A stretch of 64,000 nucleotides of DNA, from contig JAQGDQ010000005.1 of assembly GCA_030141605.1 (NCBI GenBank), forward strand, positions 1,302,180 through 1,366,179. Reading direction: 5' to 3'. The notes beneath the pieces were generated by a model, which was given only the letters and a program-made list of their open reading frames with translations, did not search any database and was not told the DNA's origin. Below are positions 1 to 13,000 of the stretch, one piece after another. A program made the translations under genes and the position numbers. Origin of the DNA: Tubiluchus corallicola. Its lineage: Eukaryota > Animalia > Priapulida. The first letter of the stretch is position 1; each line of letters begins with the position of its first letter.

Positions 1-763
1 TAATGTTAACGTATAAGCTGTCAGTGCCATCTGTTGTGCATGATGTGTTACTTTCCAGGAGCTGTTATCTCACAGTTTATTATAGCATTCCAAAATTTAT
101 TAGTAAACTCCAGGATAAATTATTTATAATATTTTCAAAACAAATTGTGAATGATGCTTCTTTTTAAATGCTGGTTTTTTTATTTAAAGAATGTAATTAT
201 TTAGAACTTGAATGAATAAGTAGTTACTGTTACCACAGAATGTCTTACGTATGTGCGGTTTCTTCTGTTCTTGGTATGAAACAAATAAAATGTATAAAAA
301 ATTATTTTGAAAAAAATAAAAAACTTGAAAGCTTGTTTCATTTCATTATCTGTGTTATGTATGCTTACATAGTAATGTTTTAATTTACTTTTTTGGCATT
401 AAGTTTCAAATAGTTACTATTTCTATGATATATTTTATTTAGTTTGTTGTTGAGCCCATTAGTGTTAAAAAGTCTGTTATGAGTATATCATGAAATAAAA
501 TGAATGAGTATATCATGTATAAATGAAATAAAACAGAGACAAAGATATTTTACCTTGCCCCATGGAGGAAGGGAAGAAAGATTAGGATGCAAGTTTGGGA
601 AATTAGTGCTTTTGGCATGAGTTTATTGTCTATGACGATTTGTGAACCGAATTTGGCCAAAAAGAATGTCAGATCTTAAAGGCAAATATGAAAATGAGGG
701 GACCTACAATATCATCTATGCTTTGCTCATTATAGTGATGTTTCACAAAGTGTATATTTCCAG

Positions 764-1048
764 GTTTGACGCAATCTACGGAAAGACTTGCTGTTCCACG
801 GCATGAGGCATCAGCTGACAGTTCCGATGCTTCGTCGGCAAGACAAGGAGGAATTCCCTTAGTTGCAACCGTCCCTGTTGGACAGCCAACTAAAACATTT
901 GTAGAATATGTTGATACTTCGTTGACACCACAAACGACACCTGTGATGAGACGAGCACGCAAGGAAGGGCCAGATGCTGAAAAGATTCAAAAAGACAAAA
1001 GTGCTAAGAGAAAATCTGCTTTGAATGCATCCGATCAACCTGATACGA
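764..1048 (+). CDS. SVIL: SVIL N-terminal exon (internal, phase 1-1)
   Basis: ttccag| acceptor, a|gtaagt donor, open frame [11 protein letters not shown]...DQPDT; phase matches downstream exons. Confidence 0.7.
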
Positions 1049-4000
1049 GTAAGTTTACTGCTCCATCTTTTCATATATCTATAACTATACAAAAATAGAT
1101 TTTTGTCACCTCTCCTAACATTAATGGAAGCTTTGGAACTGGGGATGCCTTCTGAGTTAACCTTTAACAGATAGTATTTCTAGTTTTCTTTGACAGCTAT
1201 GAGTAAAATAGGCTGTTATCTCTTGTTTTTTTAATGTACATTGTTATGTACAAATATACACTAGCTGAATAGCTCAATCGGCACGTGGATTCGACTCTAC
1301 AACCAGACGTGTTATGTAAAATATCGTACTGCCATGTGATAACTGGTAAGTACATGGTATTATAAAAGTGAAAGCAAGCCGGTGTTGCAGTACTCGGGCT
1401 GAAGTTTGGGACTCTATTTGCAATTTGCTTTAGACTTGGACTCAAGACTTGATTCAGACTTGTAATAAATGAATCCCAACTTGATTTGGACTCGGAATGA
1501 CGAAGTACTGACTCAACTTGTGAATCAAGCTGCATGAACAGTAAAACAAACAACAACAACAACAAATAACTAATTACAGCCTTCAATGCCTCATTCATTC
1601 AGTGCTCGTTATCTGAAGCCATATTTGTATATTATGCCTAAAGTGGGCTAGATTTGCACTTGGGCATAACGACTCGAGTCTAACACTGAGTCAAAGTAAT
1701 AATGATCTGTCTATACTGCTCGTCTGTGCAAATTATGTCTGTAATTTGAGGAGCACTGACTGAGCTATAAGAAAGGATCCCATAATTATAATAAGAATAA
1801 TATTCATGTTGAAGAGCATTTCTTTATTTAACGGGTAAACTATGTCATTGCTATGCAAAGAACTAAATTTGCTGAATGCCTTGAACACTTTTAACTAAAT
1901 TCCTTTATTCGTATTTACAAGTTCAAGTTAAGGCTCAATTGCCCAGCAAGTTCAGAAGTTCTCCACATGGTGTGTTCAGTAAAAACATCATCAGCTTGAG
2001 CTGTAGAACCAGCTAGGAAATTCCTTAATGCTCTTAGATCTCGATTAGTCTGCGAACTAATCACTCAACTTTTGTGACTTGTCTGACAAACAGCCGCACT
2101 AAGATATTTTTACGCATTTACACCAGATGGCTAATTTAGTCTGTAGGGGTCGCCATGTATCTATTTTCTGTCTTGTGTTCACTGGAATTCCTAGAAACAT
2201 TCAAAAACAAAATTATGTTTCAACTTGTATCCATTGTAAAGTAACCACAGAGAATGGAAACTTCTTTATGAGAATAATTGAACATTTATTTTTTGCAAAT
2301 TTTAGTCAAATAGAAAATTCTGCATGTTCAGGTTAAAATTCTTTGCAAATATTTATCTGTTTATTTATCCATAGACAGTTTTGTTTTAGACATTTTTTTG
2401 TTAGATAGTTTCGTTTTCGCAGTATTATGGCATTCGTCTTTTTATTTTCAATTTAAATTTTTCTCTGAAAGACTGCACTGTTTTTGCAGTACCTTTTAGG
2501 TGTTCCTCATTATTGTGTAAGGTCAGAGTTTAGCAGTGTAGCAGATTCGTCCAGACTTTATAGTATGTTAAACAAAAAACTCAAATCACGTGTTCGCTTT
2601 GTATTTGAATCTCTATCATGATTTTCCGATAAACCGAACGTTCGCTCGTTTCCCAAATATTTGATTTATTACTAAATTGTTGTGTTAATTGGCACAAAGA
2701 TTCATTTTTTTCAAAGCTTTTTAAAAATTGAAAAAAATTAGTTGTTTACGTGCTATGATTTTTTGTAAAATTTGCAAAAATTGCTTAATCTAAGTTGCAA
2801 TGATGTATAGTATACATGAAAATTCATATGGTGCATTGCATTCAATGATGTTCTAAGATAGGATGCACATCCTAATGCAAAATGGCCCCCAGTTTAATTT
2901 GGGAAATGTGATCTTCCTAGCACTAGGTTTATATTTGGAAAGTGGAAAAATACACGTGTTGGTTTCATGCTAGAACGCTGTAACAGCTGTCAGTGTGGTG
3001 TCGGCGTGCTTCTCTTCGCATTTCTTTCTTATTGCAAGAATTTCTTTATTTTGATTTTTTGGTTACTTCTCTTTGTGTGCATTGTGGTTAGCAGGTTTTG
3101 TGTTTTCCTCCACGAATCATGTCTATGCTGATTGAGTGTTGAGCAAAAATGTTTCCTCTTGTTTCAAAGTGCTGAAGAATGAACATGATGTGATGTATCA
3201 TGTTCTCAGATGCAAATGCTGATTTTCTTTAGTTCATTTCTTATCAGGATCATACAGTCAATGAACAAGCAGGATATACAATAAATTTTTCTAACGTTTA
3301 TCTTAGACGAATTGTTTTTGAAACGTAATTGTTCTTAACTTTCCCAAAAATCATTTTTTTAAAAATTTCAAGTTGCTGTCAAATTACATTATTCAGTGTT
3401 AAATTCACAGTTGCACAAAAGTTTTTTTCCAGTATTTTCATTTTATAACTTTAGTATTTGTTTTCTCTTCTTATCCATTTGCAGTTTTGAATTGGCAGCT
3501 TACTTAGTATTTTCAAAGGTTGTCCTATTTTGTTGTTCTATTTTTACACTAATAGTTGTGGTTATTGCCAGCTGTTATTTTAATTTAAATTTTTACCAGG
3601 ACAACACATTTGAGAATATTAGTCATTTGAATGCAAAAAAATATAAATTAAGTTAATACAAACTTGTAAAGTTGCTGGATTACGTGCATTACTGTCTTCA
3701 TTACAATCACTAAAAGTTTGCTTTCTTATGTGTTACACCCTGTTATCTAAAATTAATTTTCAATTTATTTCACATCCTGATAAATACTGAACTTAGCTAC
3801 AGATGGCAATAAAGCATAGCAGTGTTTATATTTTTTCTAATTTAACAGACCATGCCATTTAATATTTTGTTTATTTTTGCTGAGACAAACATGGGAGTCA
3901 TTTATTTTGTGCTTCAGGTTATATTTCACTTCTGTGTGTCTTTAAGTGAAGTTAATGTGCAATTGCATGAAATTAGTATTCATCTTGCTAAACATGAATT

Positions 4001-7000
4001 TTTTTATGTTTCTCAGTGGAAATAGTAAAATTTTACAATTTTTGTAATGCTGGCATATTACATTTGAAGTAAAGTTAAGCTTTACTACATTTCTAGAAGC
4101 TTAACTTTGGTTATTTAAACGAATGAGTTAAATTAAATAGCTCGCTGGAGACTTCTTCATTTGTTATGTTGATGTAATATTGTTGGCTGCTGCACAAAAC
4201 ATTGATCAAACATTAAATGGTAATAGATAATGATTGTCTACCTTGAAATAACATTGTTTTCATTATATCTTCGGTACATAATCTGTACAGTAGAAAAGCT
4301 GGATCCAGGAGTTCTGGAAAAAATACGCCGTAAGTTAGGAGCATTGTAAAAGGTTAATGAAATTACAGCTAACACCATCGCACAAAAAATCCTTTTTTGA
4401 AATAGTACTTGACTTGTGCAGTATTTTAGATGATTACATATGATAAGCTTTACATCATCTCTGCATTTGTTGCATTTTTTTACAATTTCAGTATCATGGG
4501 TGGGTATACTAAATTATTAGCTTTTTCTAATTGAATTTCATTCTCTTCTTAAGGCTAATTGTTAGTTCTGTTCATATGCAAATTCTCTTTCCATAATGAT
4601 GATGAAAGCCAATTCTTTAATTAATTTTTGGCTTTGTTATCCCATTCACCAGGTCAAACAAGGTCACTGATAATTAATTGCCTAGTGTCCTCATTTCATT
4701 TTTTTAAAATTGTGTCAAATTTTACAACACACACAAAATAAATTGCCCTTGCACGTAAGTACTAAAGCCTGGGAAGCTTAAACTCTACAAAAAGTTTGCC
4801 ATTTGCATTAGTGCCATTACCCAAAAAGTCCAGGCAATCCATTTATGAGATGCTAAGAATTATGTTAGATAACCATGTGATTTTATGATGTGGCTGGCTT
4901 TGTAAACTAAACATCTAAACAAAAGCTCCTAGGCCACTACAAAGTATTGTGACTGATATTACCTTTGTGTACTCAAACAACCATATTGCAAGGTCGTACA
5001 ATTACAGCAGTGACATCATTAAGACACGTTAATTTAACATAGCATGGCTTTGTTAAACAAAAAAGGTATAACAAACATTCAAGCAGAAGTTTCTAAGCCA
5101 CGAAAAATGTTTCTAACCCACGAAGTATTGGCCTTTGTCTGTGAATTTTTTAAGGTGGTGCAAATTCAGCAATGATGCCATAAAAAGCACTGTGTTATTT
5201 TACCATATGACTTCTGTAAACAAATAACATGAAGTGAAAGTTTTTAGCTCACAAATTGCGTTACTAGGCTAAAGGTGATATAAATGTGAGCATGCGACTT
5301 TGTTTACTCATACAAATATATTTCAATGTTATGTAAGGTCACAGAGTGATCTGTGGATGGAATCAGCCATTTCAATTTCACATCAATAACTGATACACTT
5401 GTGCAGTTCACCATTTATAAATTTTGTGAGCGAGGAATGCCTGCTTTCATTGCTTATGTGTGTACCAAATTTGCAGTATGCACCACTTATTGATTGTAAA
5501 ATTGAAACAGGATGATCCATCCATATCACTGTACGACCTGTGACCTTAAAATTTATTTGTAGTGATCAACGCAGTCACATTTGCATCATATTCAGCCTAG
5601 TGAACACTTTTGGTGTGCCCTAAAAGCTTTCACTTCGTGCGTGTTATTTTCACTATTTGTTTACTGACGCCTTATACTAAAATAACGTAACACTTGTTAT
5701 AACAGCACTGCTGAACTTGTGCAACCTTTAAACACAGTCTTGCGACCTTTGAATAGACAAAAGGTCACACTTGAATCAGCATGCAATAAACAATCATGAA
5801 ACCCTTTATAGTGTTACATGCCTGCTGGACTCTCTTTACCTCCTAAGTAAATAGAAATAGTTTTTGTGGCCTAGAAGCTTCTATTTGTATGTTACTTTTC
5901 ACTTTTCTGTTTAATGAAGCCATGTTGTGTTAATTTAAGGTGTATTAGTAATTTAGTAATGCCACTACTGATCGTGTACGACCTTGAAACATAGCTGTTT
6001 GAGTAAATAAGAACTACATTTATACCATCTCACAATATTATATTGTGGCCTAAGAACTTTTGTTTGGGTGTTATTTTAACTTTTAGTTTGGTAAAACCAA
6101 GCTGCATTAAAGTAACTGTGTTGACAAAGTCATAGCATTGTACCAGCTTGAAACATAGTTGTAAAACTATGACATAGACAAAGGCCATGTTGATATCAGC
6201 CCACAATACTTTCTGTTTGGTTCCTAGAAAGTTTTTGTTTTTTTTTTTTTTTTTGCTTTCTTAGTGAAGCCAGCCATATCATAATTCTTAGTGGATTACT
6301 TGGGACTTTTTGGGCAATGACATTAATATAGCTGTTAAGCTTCTTGCAATGTTTAAGCTTCACAGACTTTAGTATTTATGTACAAAGGCAACTTATTTTG
6401 TGTGTGTGGCACAAATTTGAACGAAAAGTACCTGCACAGATGATGTTATCAGTGATCTTGTTGGACTTCGAAACACTGGTGGATAGGAGCAATTGCTACA
6501 TTTATATCAGCTTCTGTTGCATTTTTATGGTCTAGAAACCTTTATTTGGATATTATTTAAGTTTTTGTTAACAAAGCCAAGTAAGAAAATAACCTGGTTC
6601 TTGTAATAAAATCGTTATGTCTCACAAAGACTAAAATGGTGTACTTGGAATTTTTTGATGACACTGATATAATTGGCAAGCTTTGCATGAAGGTTTTAGC
6701 TTTGAAGACTAATACTTGTATGTGAGAAAAACTTGTTTCAATGCCGTTATAGAATTTTAATACAGATTTCTAAAACAGTAGGCTGATGACGTCATTGGTG
6801 TCCTTGTACAATCATGAAAGCACAATCAGGTAGAGAAGGGTCATATTTGTATCAGATTGTACTACTTTGTGATGGCCTAGAACATTTTGTTTAGAAGTTA
6901 TTAACAATTTTTGGTTACGGAAGCCATACAGTAGTTTATCGTGCATCAGGTGACAGAATCGTCAGTATCTCATTAACCACAGACAGAGGGGATTTTTTCA

Positions 7001-10000
7001 GGACTATTTGTCAGATGATTCCCACATATTTAGCGAGCTTTGTGCAAACTTTCAGCTTTCGTCTTATTATTTTGAAGTTTCGTCCGTTTCCGAGTGGACT
7101 GTTAACTCATCCTTGATGTTTAGCACATCACATTTAGCATTCAGTAAAGATTGTTTAGACTGTTCTGATGTTGTTCTTACAGCAGAACAGCGTTGAATAA
7201 ACTGGACGCTTGTGTGAGCTGTCGTCTGCATTGCTTTTAACACCCACAGCCTTGATTCCTGTTGGGTTGTTGAACTTGTAGCTTCTCTAGAAATTTCTGC
7301 CGTGGTTTCCGTAAATATTTCTACTCCTAATATTAGGTTTGGTCGTTCTTTTGTCTTTCATTATCAGTTGTAAGCATGGAGGAAGAAGTATGCTTCTCGC
7401 AAATTTTTGCTTCCCTACCGTCGTAAATTGCAGGATTACATATTTAGTTTTTTCAACTAGATATTTGTTTTTGTTCTGAATCTTTTTTACGTTTTTAGTG
7501 ATATTATTGACCTGCTGTGTATTCTCATGATACACAGTTTCAAGCAACATGATGGCTACTTATTCTTCGCTTTGTCAGGTCCCCTATTTAAAGTTATTTG
7601 GATTTATTCTTACATTGATTTGTTTTTGATAGTAGCAAAATTGGTTTGCATTGCATAGTATTTGTAGTTGTGTGGCTGAAAAGAAAGTAATGTCTTTTAT
7701 TTTCATGAAATTTTATAAAACTATATTTACGTGACAAAATATCTTTCATCTTTCAAAAGTAGGTTTTAGAAATGTCCATTAAATTGATATCGACTTATAT
7801 GTGATAGTGGGCTGGTAATAAATCAATGAGAGAGGCATTTTATGCTTTTATGATATTCATCTTTTTCAGCTGACTTCATTAAATTCTTACGTCCAGCGTA
7901 GCATGCTTGTCTAAAGTCAACTGAGCACCAGATTTGAAATGTAAATTTTTTAGTGCCTCATTTTCAAAGTACACCAACGCTGCTGAGTCATAGCTGTTGC
8001 TATTATGGTTGTTATTGTGTTAGCGAAGGCATGTGGCCATGAAGCAGCCACATCTTCATCTGGTGTAGTAACCTGAGATGCATTTTATCTTGGTAATGGA
8101 CACTTGGGAATATCATTACATGTCAGGAGGCATGCTTAATATTAGCTCACATGTGGGAAGCTGGCAAGCCTGTCATTAGACTGCATTTTAGTAGTTACGT
8201 TGTGTGAAGAAATCATGATTGATATTCCTCAGTTCCCAGGCTTTGATCAAAACTAATTTTTAGTTCCAAGGATACATACATAGTGATAATGATAATGATA
8301 GCAACAACACTAACAGTATCAGCAGTAGGAATAGCAATAAAGTAACAATGACAACGACAACACTGACAGTGACAACAATGACAATAGCAATAGCTGCAAT
8401 TGCTGTGAGTAATGAAAATGAATGAATCTGTGAATGATAAACCACCATTACCTTTGTTTGCCGTTTACGTAATTAAAAGAAATCCTGGAACTGTTCTTCT
8501 TAGCTGTTTGAGATGTTTAAGGAGGTAGACCTTTTTGGTACTAAATTTTGCCGCATCCCAGAAGTCCTTGGCTTGATTTCTGATTAATTTTTTTACATTT
8601 CCATTGTTCTGCTATACATGTAATTCCAACTCAGACATTTGGCCAGCAGTTCTCTCTTTTTTATCACAAATATCACATTTAATTCTGTTTGAATTTTTTA
8701 ATTTAATAGTTACTATTTGTTGGCCATCAAAATTATAATTTGTCTGGCATTTATTACCAGCATTTCAGCATTTAATATGCTTCGCTAGCCAACTGAATAT
8801 TTTGTGCAATTCCCCAGTGCAAGGATTTTTACCAAAAGTGTGATAATTTAAAGCAAAGTTTACGCGAGGCGAAGCTAAATAATACGAAGATGTGATGAAG
8901 AAACTATGTAAAGTTATCAATTAAATGGATTTGGTTAATCAATTTAATATTTGTTTGCACGATATTAGGTTGAGTGTTAATTTAGATAATTTTTTACTTT
9001 CTTTTGTTTAGGAGTTCATTTTTCTTGTCAGGCGTATTACCGAATTTTAGTAACTCTCACTGTCAGTAGATGGCGCAACAATGTTAAGTGCTCAGCTTAT
9101 TTCGTGCGTCTATGCTTTTAATACTGTATGTTGCTCGGTGACTTCTTCCTATCTTCCGGGAACGATCCAGTGAATTTACAACTTTCCCGTAATTACTTAC
9201 CCAACTTTGTTTTGTTAACTAATAGCAAACTTTCAATGAATTATCATTTGCTGGCCAGATAAATCTCGTCGAAGGGCGGAAAAAATAGCCATTTGAAAAC
9301 AAACAGCAAACACTTGCGATATGCACGTGCAGCGCTGTTGTCCTTGAGATTGTAGAAAAATAACACCAACATCCATCAGCATGGTTTCCGTCGTGTACAG
9401 AAGTTCACTGAAGAAGCCATGTGCCTATAGTTTTAGCCTGCTTAAACTCACCAAGGCCAAATACTAGCAGTCTGTATCACTGCTACATGTATAACTGCTT
9501 GCTTCTTGCGACGGATTATGTTATAACGAAGTTTTCTCTAATCGCATTTTATTGTGATAATCTTCTACGTCTGTGCCATTGAGTTCGTGGATGTTTTATA
9601 GTTATGTTGCCAGTTGTTTAGACTTTAATATCATGGATGATCCGTATTTATTAGCTGCTGAAGTGTGTTTAATATTAGCGAGTTTTGTAGCTGTTACGAT
9701 AATCAGGTCTCTATCGCGTTACGAATACGGACATGATTATTCACACGCCAAGCTACGCTTACATAGAGGTAATCCAAACTGCAAACACTTATTTTCCTGT
9801 TTTTGCCTAGTCAGTTTTTTCTTCAGTCGTGTCAACCTTTGCAAAAAATGCTAAAATATACTTTTTAGTTGACTTTAACAACAATGATACATAGGTGATT
9901 ATTAACCATTCCGTTGCACCAAATTCTAAGTAGTATAAAAATGTTAATCAACATCATCAGTTAATTCGCAGTGCAATATAGTGACATAGTGTGATGATGG

Positions 10001-13000
10001 CAGTTTTAAAACTCCTATAGCAATTATGCTTGGCAATCACTGGCATATGTATTATAAAAACGTTAGCTTTTGCCTTAGGGAATAATGAAACTGCTGCTTC
10101 TAAGAAGAAACCCTGCTGGTGGTCTTAGACGTGTTTAGCCAGATTTATTGAATAAATAAATGATTTTACCGAAATGCCACTGTTTAGCTGATTCATGACC
10201 AAAAATGGAGTCCAAGCTAGTCTAACCTAAGCTGAAGTTTCATAGAACAGATTTTTCTGGGCCAGAAACCATTAGTAATAAACTGTTAAAACTTGACGGA
10301 CTTTTCCACGAATTTAGTCTATTCATTTGCTGAAATATAAAGTTTTCCCGTGTTTTTGCCTTTCATTACTGCTTAATGTTTGATTTTGTGACTAAACATT
10401 TTAGTAAATGAATGCACTTTCGATCTTTCTTAATTAAAGGCCAAGGAATATTAGGGCAGCATTTTACCTTGGCCCTGTTACAGAGAAGCCAAGGTTTTCT
10501 CCATGCATGCGTGAATCCAGTGGCTCTGCGTACACTGTGTACTGTGCAGGCTGTTTTGGTTTGTTCGCATGTTTGGCTCTGTGTGATTTGATCCGTGTAG
10601 GGCTTACGCAGCAACCCATGCAGGTGTATATTTATACTGGAGGATAAATTTGCACTGTCTGCGTGTGTGTCATTTCCAGTTGAATTGATGGATGCAGTAT
10701 GCGTGTGGAAATTTGGAATGTTTTGTTAACTCGTAATATTCAACGTATACCGTATGAAAACTAATTTTTGAAACAAGTATGAGGCCAACACCTGAGTACC
10801 TAATTAACCACTAAATCTAAGCAATACTAAGCCTGGTCAGTGACTGGAAGGACAACTACTAGCTTTAATGACTTTAAAATTGCATCGTTTTGACTGGTTT
10901 CATCATGAGAGATGATGACCTGATCTTAGAGGATTGTCCCAGTTCAACCTCAACCGGCTGCATCATTTAGGCCCACCATTCACTAGGCCATAGGAAGTGG
11001 GGGGACCAATTTTTGTGAGTTGCTGAAGTGGGCCCTTTTAAGCATCATGTAATTAAGCCCTTACAACTTGTCAAAGGTCTCTCCTAGGACCTGCTGCTGC
11101 CTAGATAGCAGCGGTACTTTAAAAAACTGGTTTCCTATAATTGATAGAAGATCACATTCTGTTACTGGTGATTCGTCAATTAATGTTAAAAACTGTAGGT
11201 TAGTTAAAACAACTGTTACATTTCGTATTAACTGTATTCTCGTATTCTCCTTGCTTATATTATAACTGACAACTAAATTTTTAGTTGCTGAGCAACAACA
11301 TTAATTCGTTTATATTCACTTATATTTAATGTTTTTACCTAAATTTGTACATTCATTATACCTAAAAATGATTCGTAAAAACATAATGCTATTTAACTGA
11401 AAAACTGTATTGCGATTTACTGGTGAGTTAATATAGTGGTAGTTGTAAAGTATCAACTTAGCACCTTTGCAAAGTGGCATAATGTTCAGCTATATTGCCT
11501 TAGAAATTCTTTTATAGTCGCATGTAACTTTATAATTGAGTTCAAATTGTAAAATTAACTTTAGTTGTTTACTGTTTGGCGTTAGCAGCTGACTACCGCA
11601 AATGTAATGAATAGACAAGATATTACTGTTTTTCTCATGAATTTTCGCTTTTTCTGTAGCTGAGAATCTATTTTAATAACATGTAAAATGTTTTGTAGCG
11701 GATAAACCCAACTACTTGAAGAGTTCACGTTGGGTCTGTTTTGCATCACTTCTTCAGTGTCATACTGCTCCCGTTTGAGTTTTTTTCTGTTTAAAGATTT
11801 TTCTTTCCAGATTGTGTTATTGCAGTTTCCGTTTGTTTTATCACCTTGTAGTCCTCACTTTTCTGCATACTAGCATAGACTGGTTAAAATTACAGTTAGC
11901 AATTCGCCTTGCATTTCTCAAATTGATGAAGTTTACTGTGTTGATAAGTTCCGAGTGTTTGTGAAATTGTTTTGAAAATAATAGTAATAATAGTAGTGTT
12001 GCTGTTGATGATGATGGTGATGGTAATCATGACGTTGATAACGATGACGATGGCGACGACGACGATGACGGTGACATTGATAATAATAACGACAAACTGT
12101 ATCCCATTTAAACTTTCCTGAACTACAGTGTGAAGTCCGCTATAGTGTACTAATCCTAAATTGTGAAAAGAAAAAGGGGAATATTGCAGATATTTACATA
12201 TACTATTAGTATTACGACTGGGTTGTCTTTTAGCTGACTCACTTCTCTGTATTCTAAAGGTTTTCCAAAGAAAATTGCTTTACCGTGATAATACGGTAAG
12301 TTTTAACGGTTAATATCTAGCAAGCATTATAGCAAACCGTGCATTCTCTCTTGGGTTGCTAGCATTCTGTCATAAATCTCAGAATCTATCAGCTCCCGCT
12401 GCTGACAGACGTTAGTTGGATATTGCACTCTCGTGGACTCCTCTAGTATTCAGCTAGCGTTCACTGTCCAGATTTAATTCATCTGTTTGACGATGCGTGG
12501 TAACTTTATGTACAATTACAGTTAGAGAGCAGAAATATATTCTTGGTTGCCATATTGGTCTTTCATACTAAAAAGCAGTGCATGTGATTAATCCAACATT
12601 GATAGGTTTGTGATGTGCGAAACTTGTAACAGTTCTTTGTTAAACAAAAATAAAAAACTATTTGTACGGTTCTGTATAAATTGCACGTACTGTCTCCGGA
12701 TGTATCCTAGCTGCAAGATCGCTCACGTGTTTTTGGTTGCCTTTCGCCAGCGCACTGTACATTTTGCATGTGTCTACTTTGGCAAACCATTCTCTGGATA
12801 GCGGGGTTTTACTTTAGCTTAACATTATGCGCCCGATTTCATGAAAGCACTTGACAATATATGTTTACAAAGAAGTGCGGTTTTAAACCTTTTTTAAAAT
12901 AGTTCTTTCAAAAGTGTGTTGAAGCAATAAATTCCTCTTATACATTTTTAAGCGCTGAGTTAAAGCAAAACCGGACCCAATCTTAAGCTGTAGGTCAAAA

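Noticed and set aside
1307-1345. Second possible 39-nt phase 1-1 microexon
   Set aside because: Good donor (g|gtaagt) but almost no polypyrimidine tract, and the peptide composition is unlike the flanking exons
8260-8448. Hydrophobic 62-aa ORF on the - strand
   Set aside because: Reverse reading of a degenerate trinucleotide repeat
10507-10623. Cys-rich hydrophobic ORF ending cag|gtgtat
   Set aside because: Weak donor in phase 0, incompatible with the next acceptors (phase 1)
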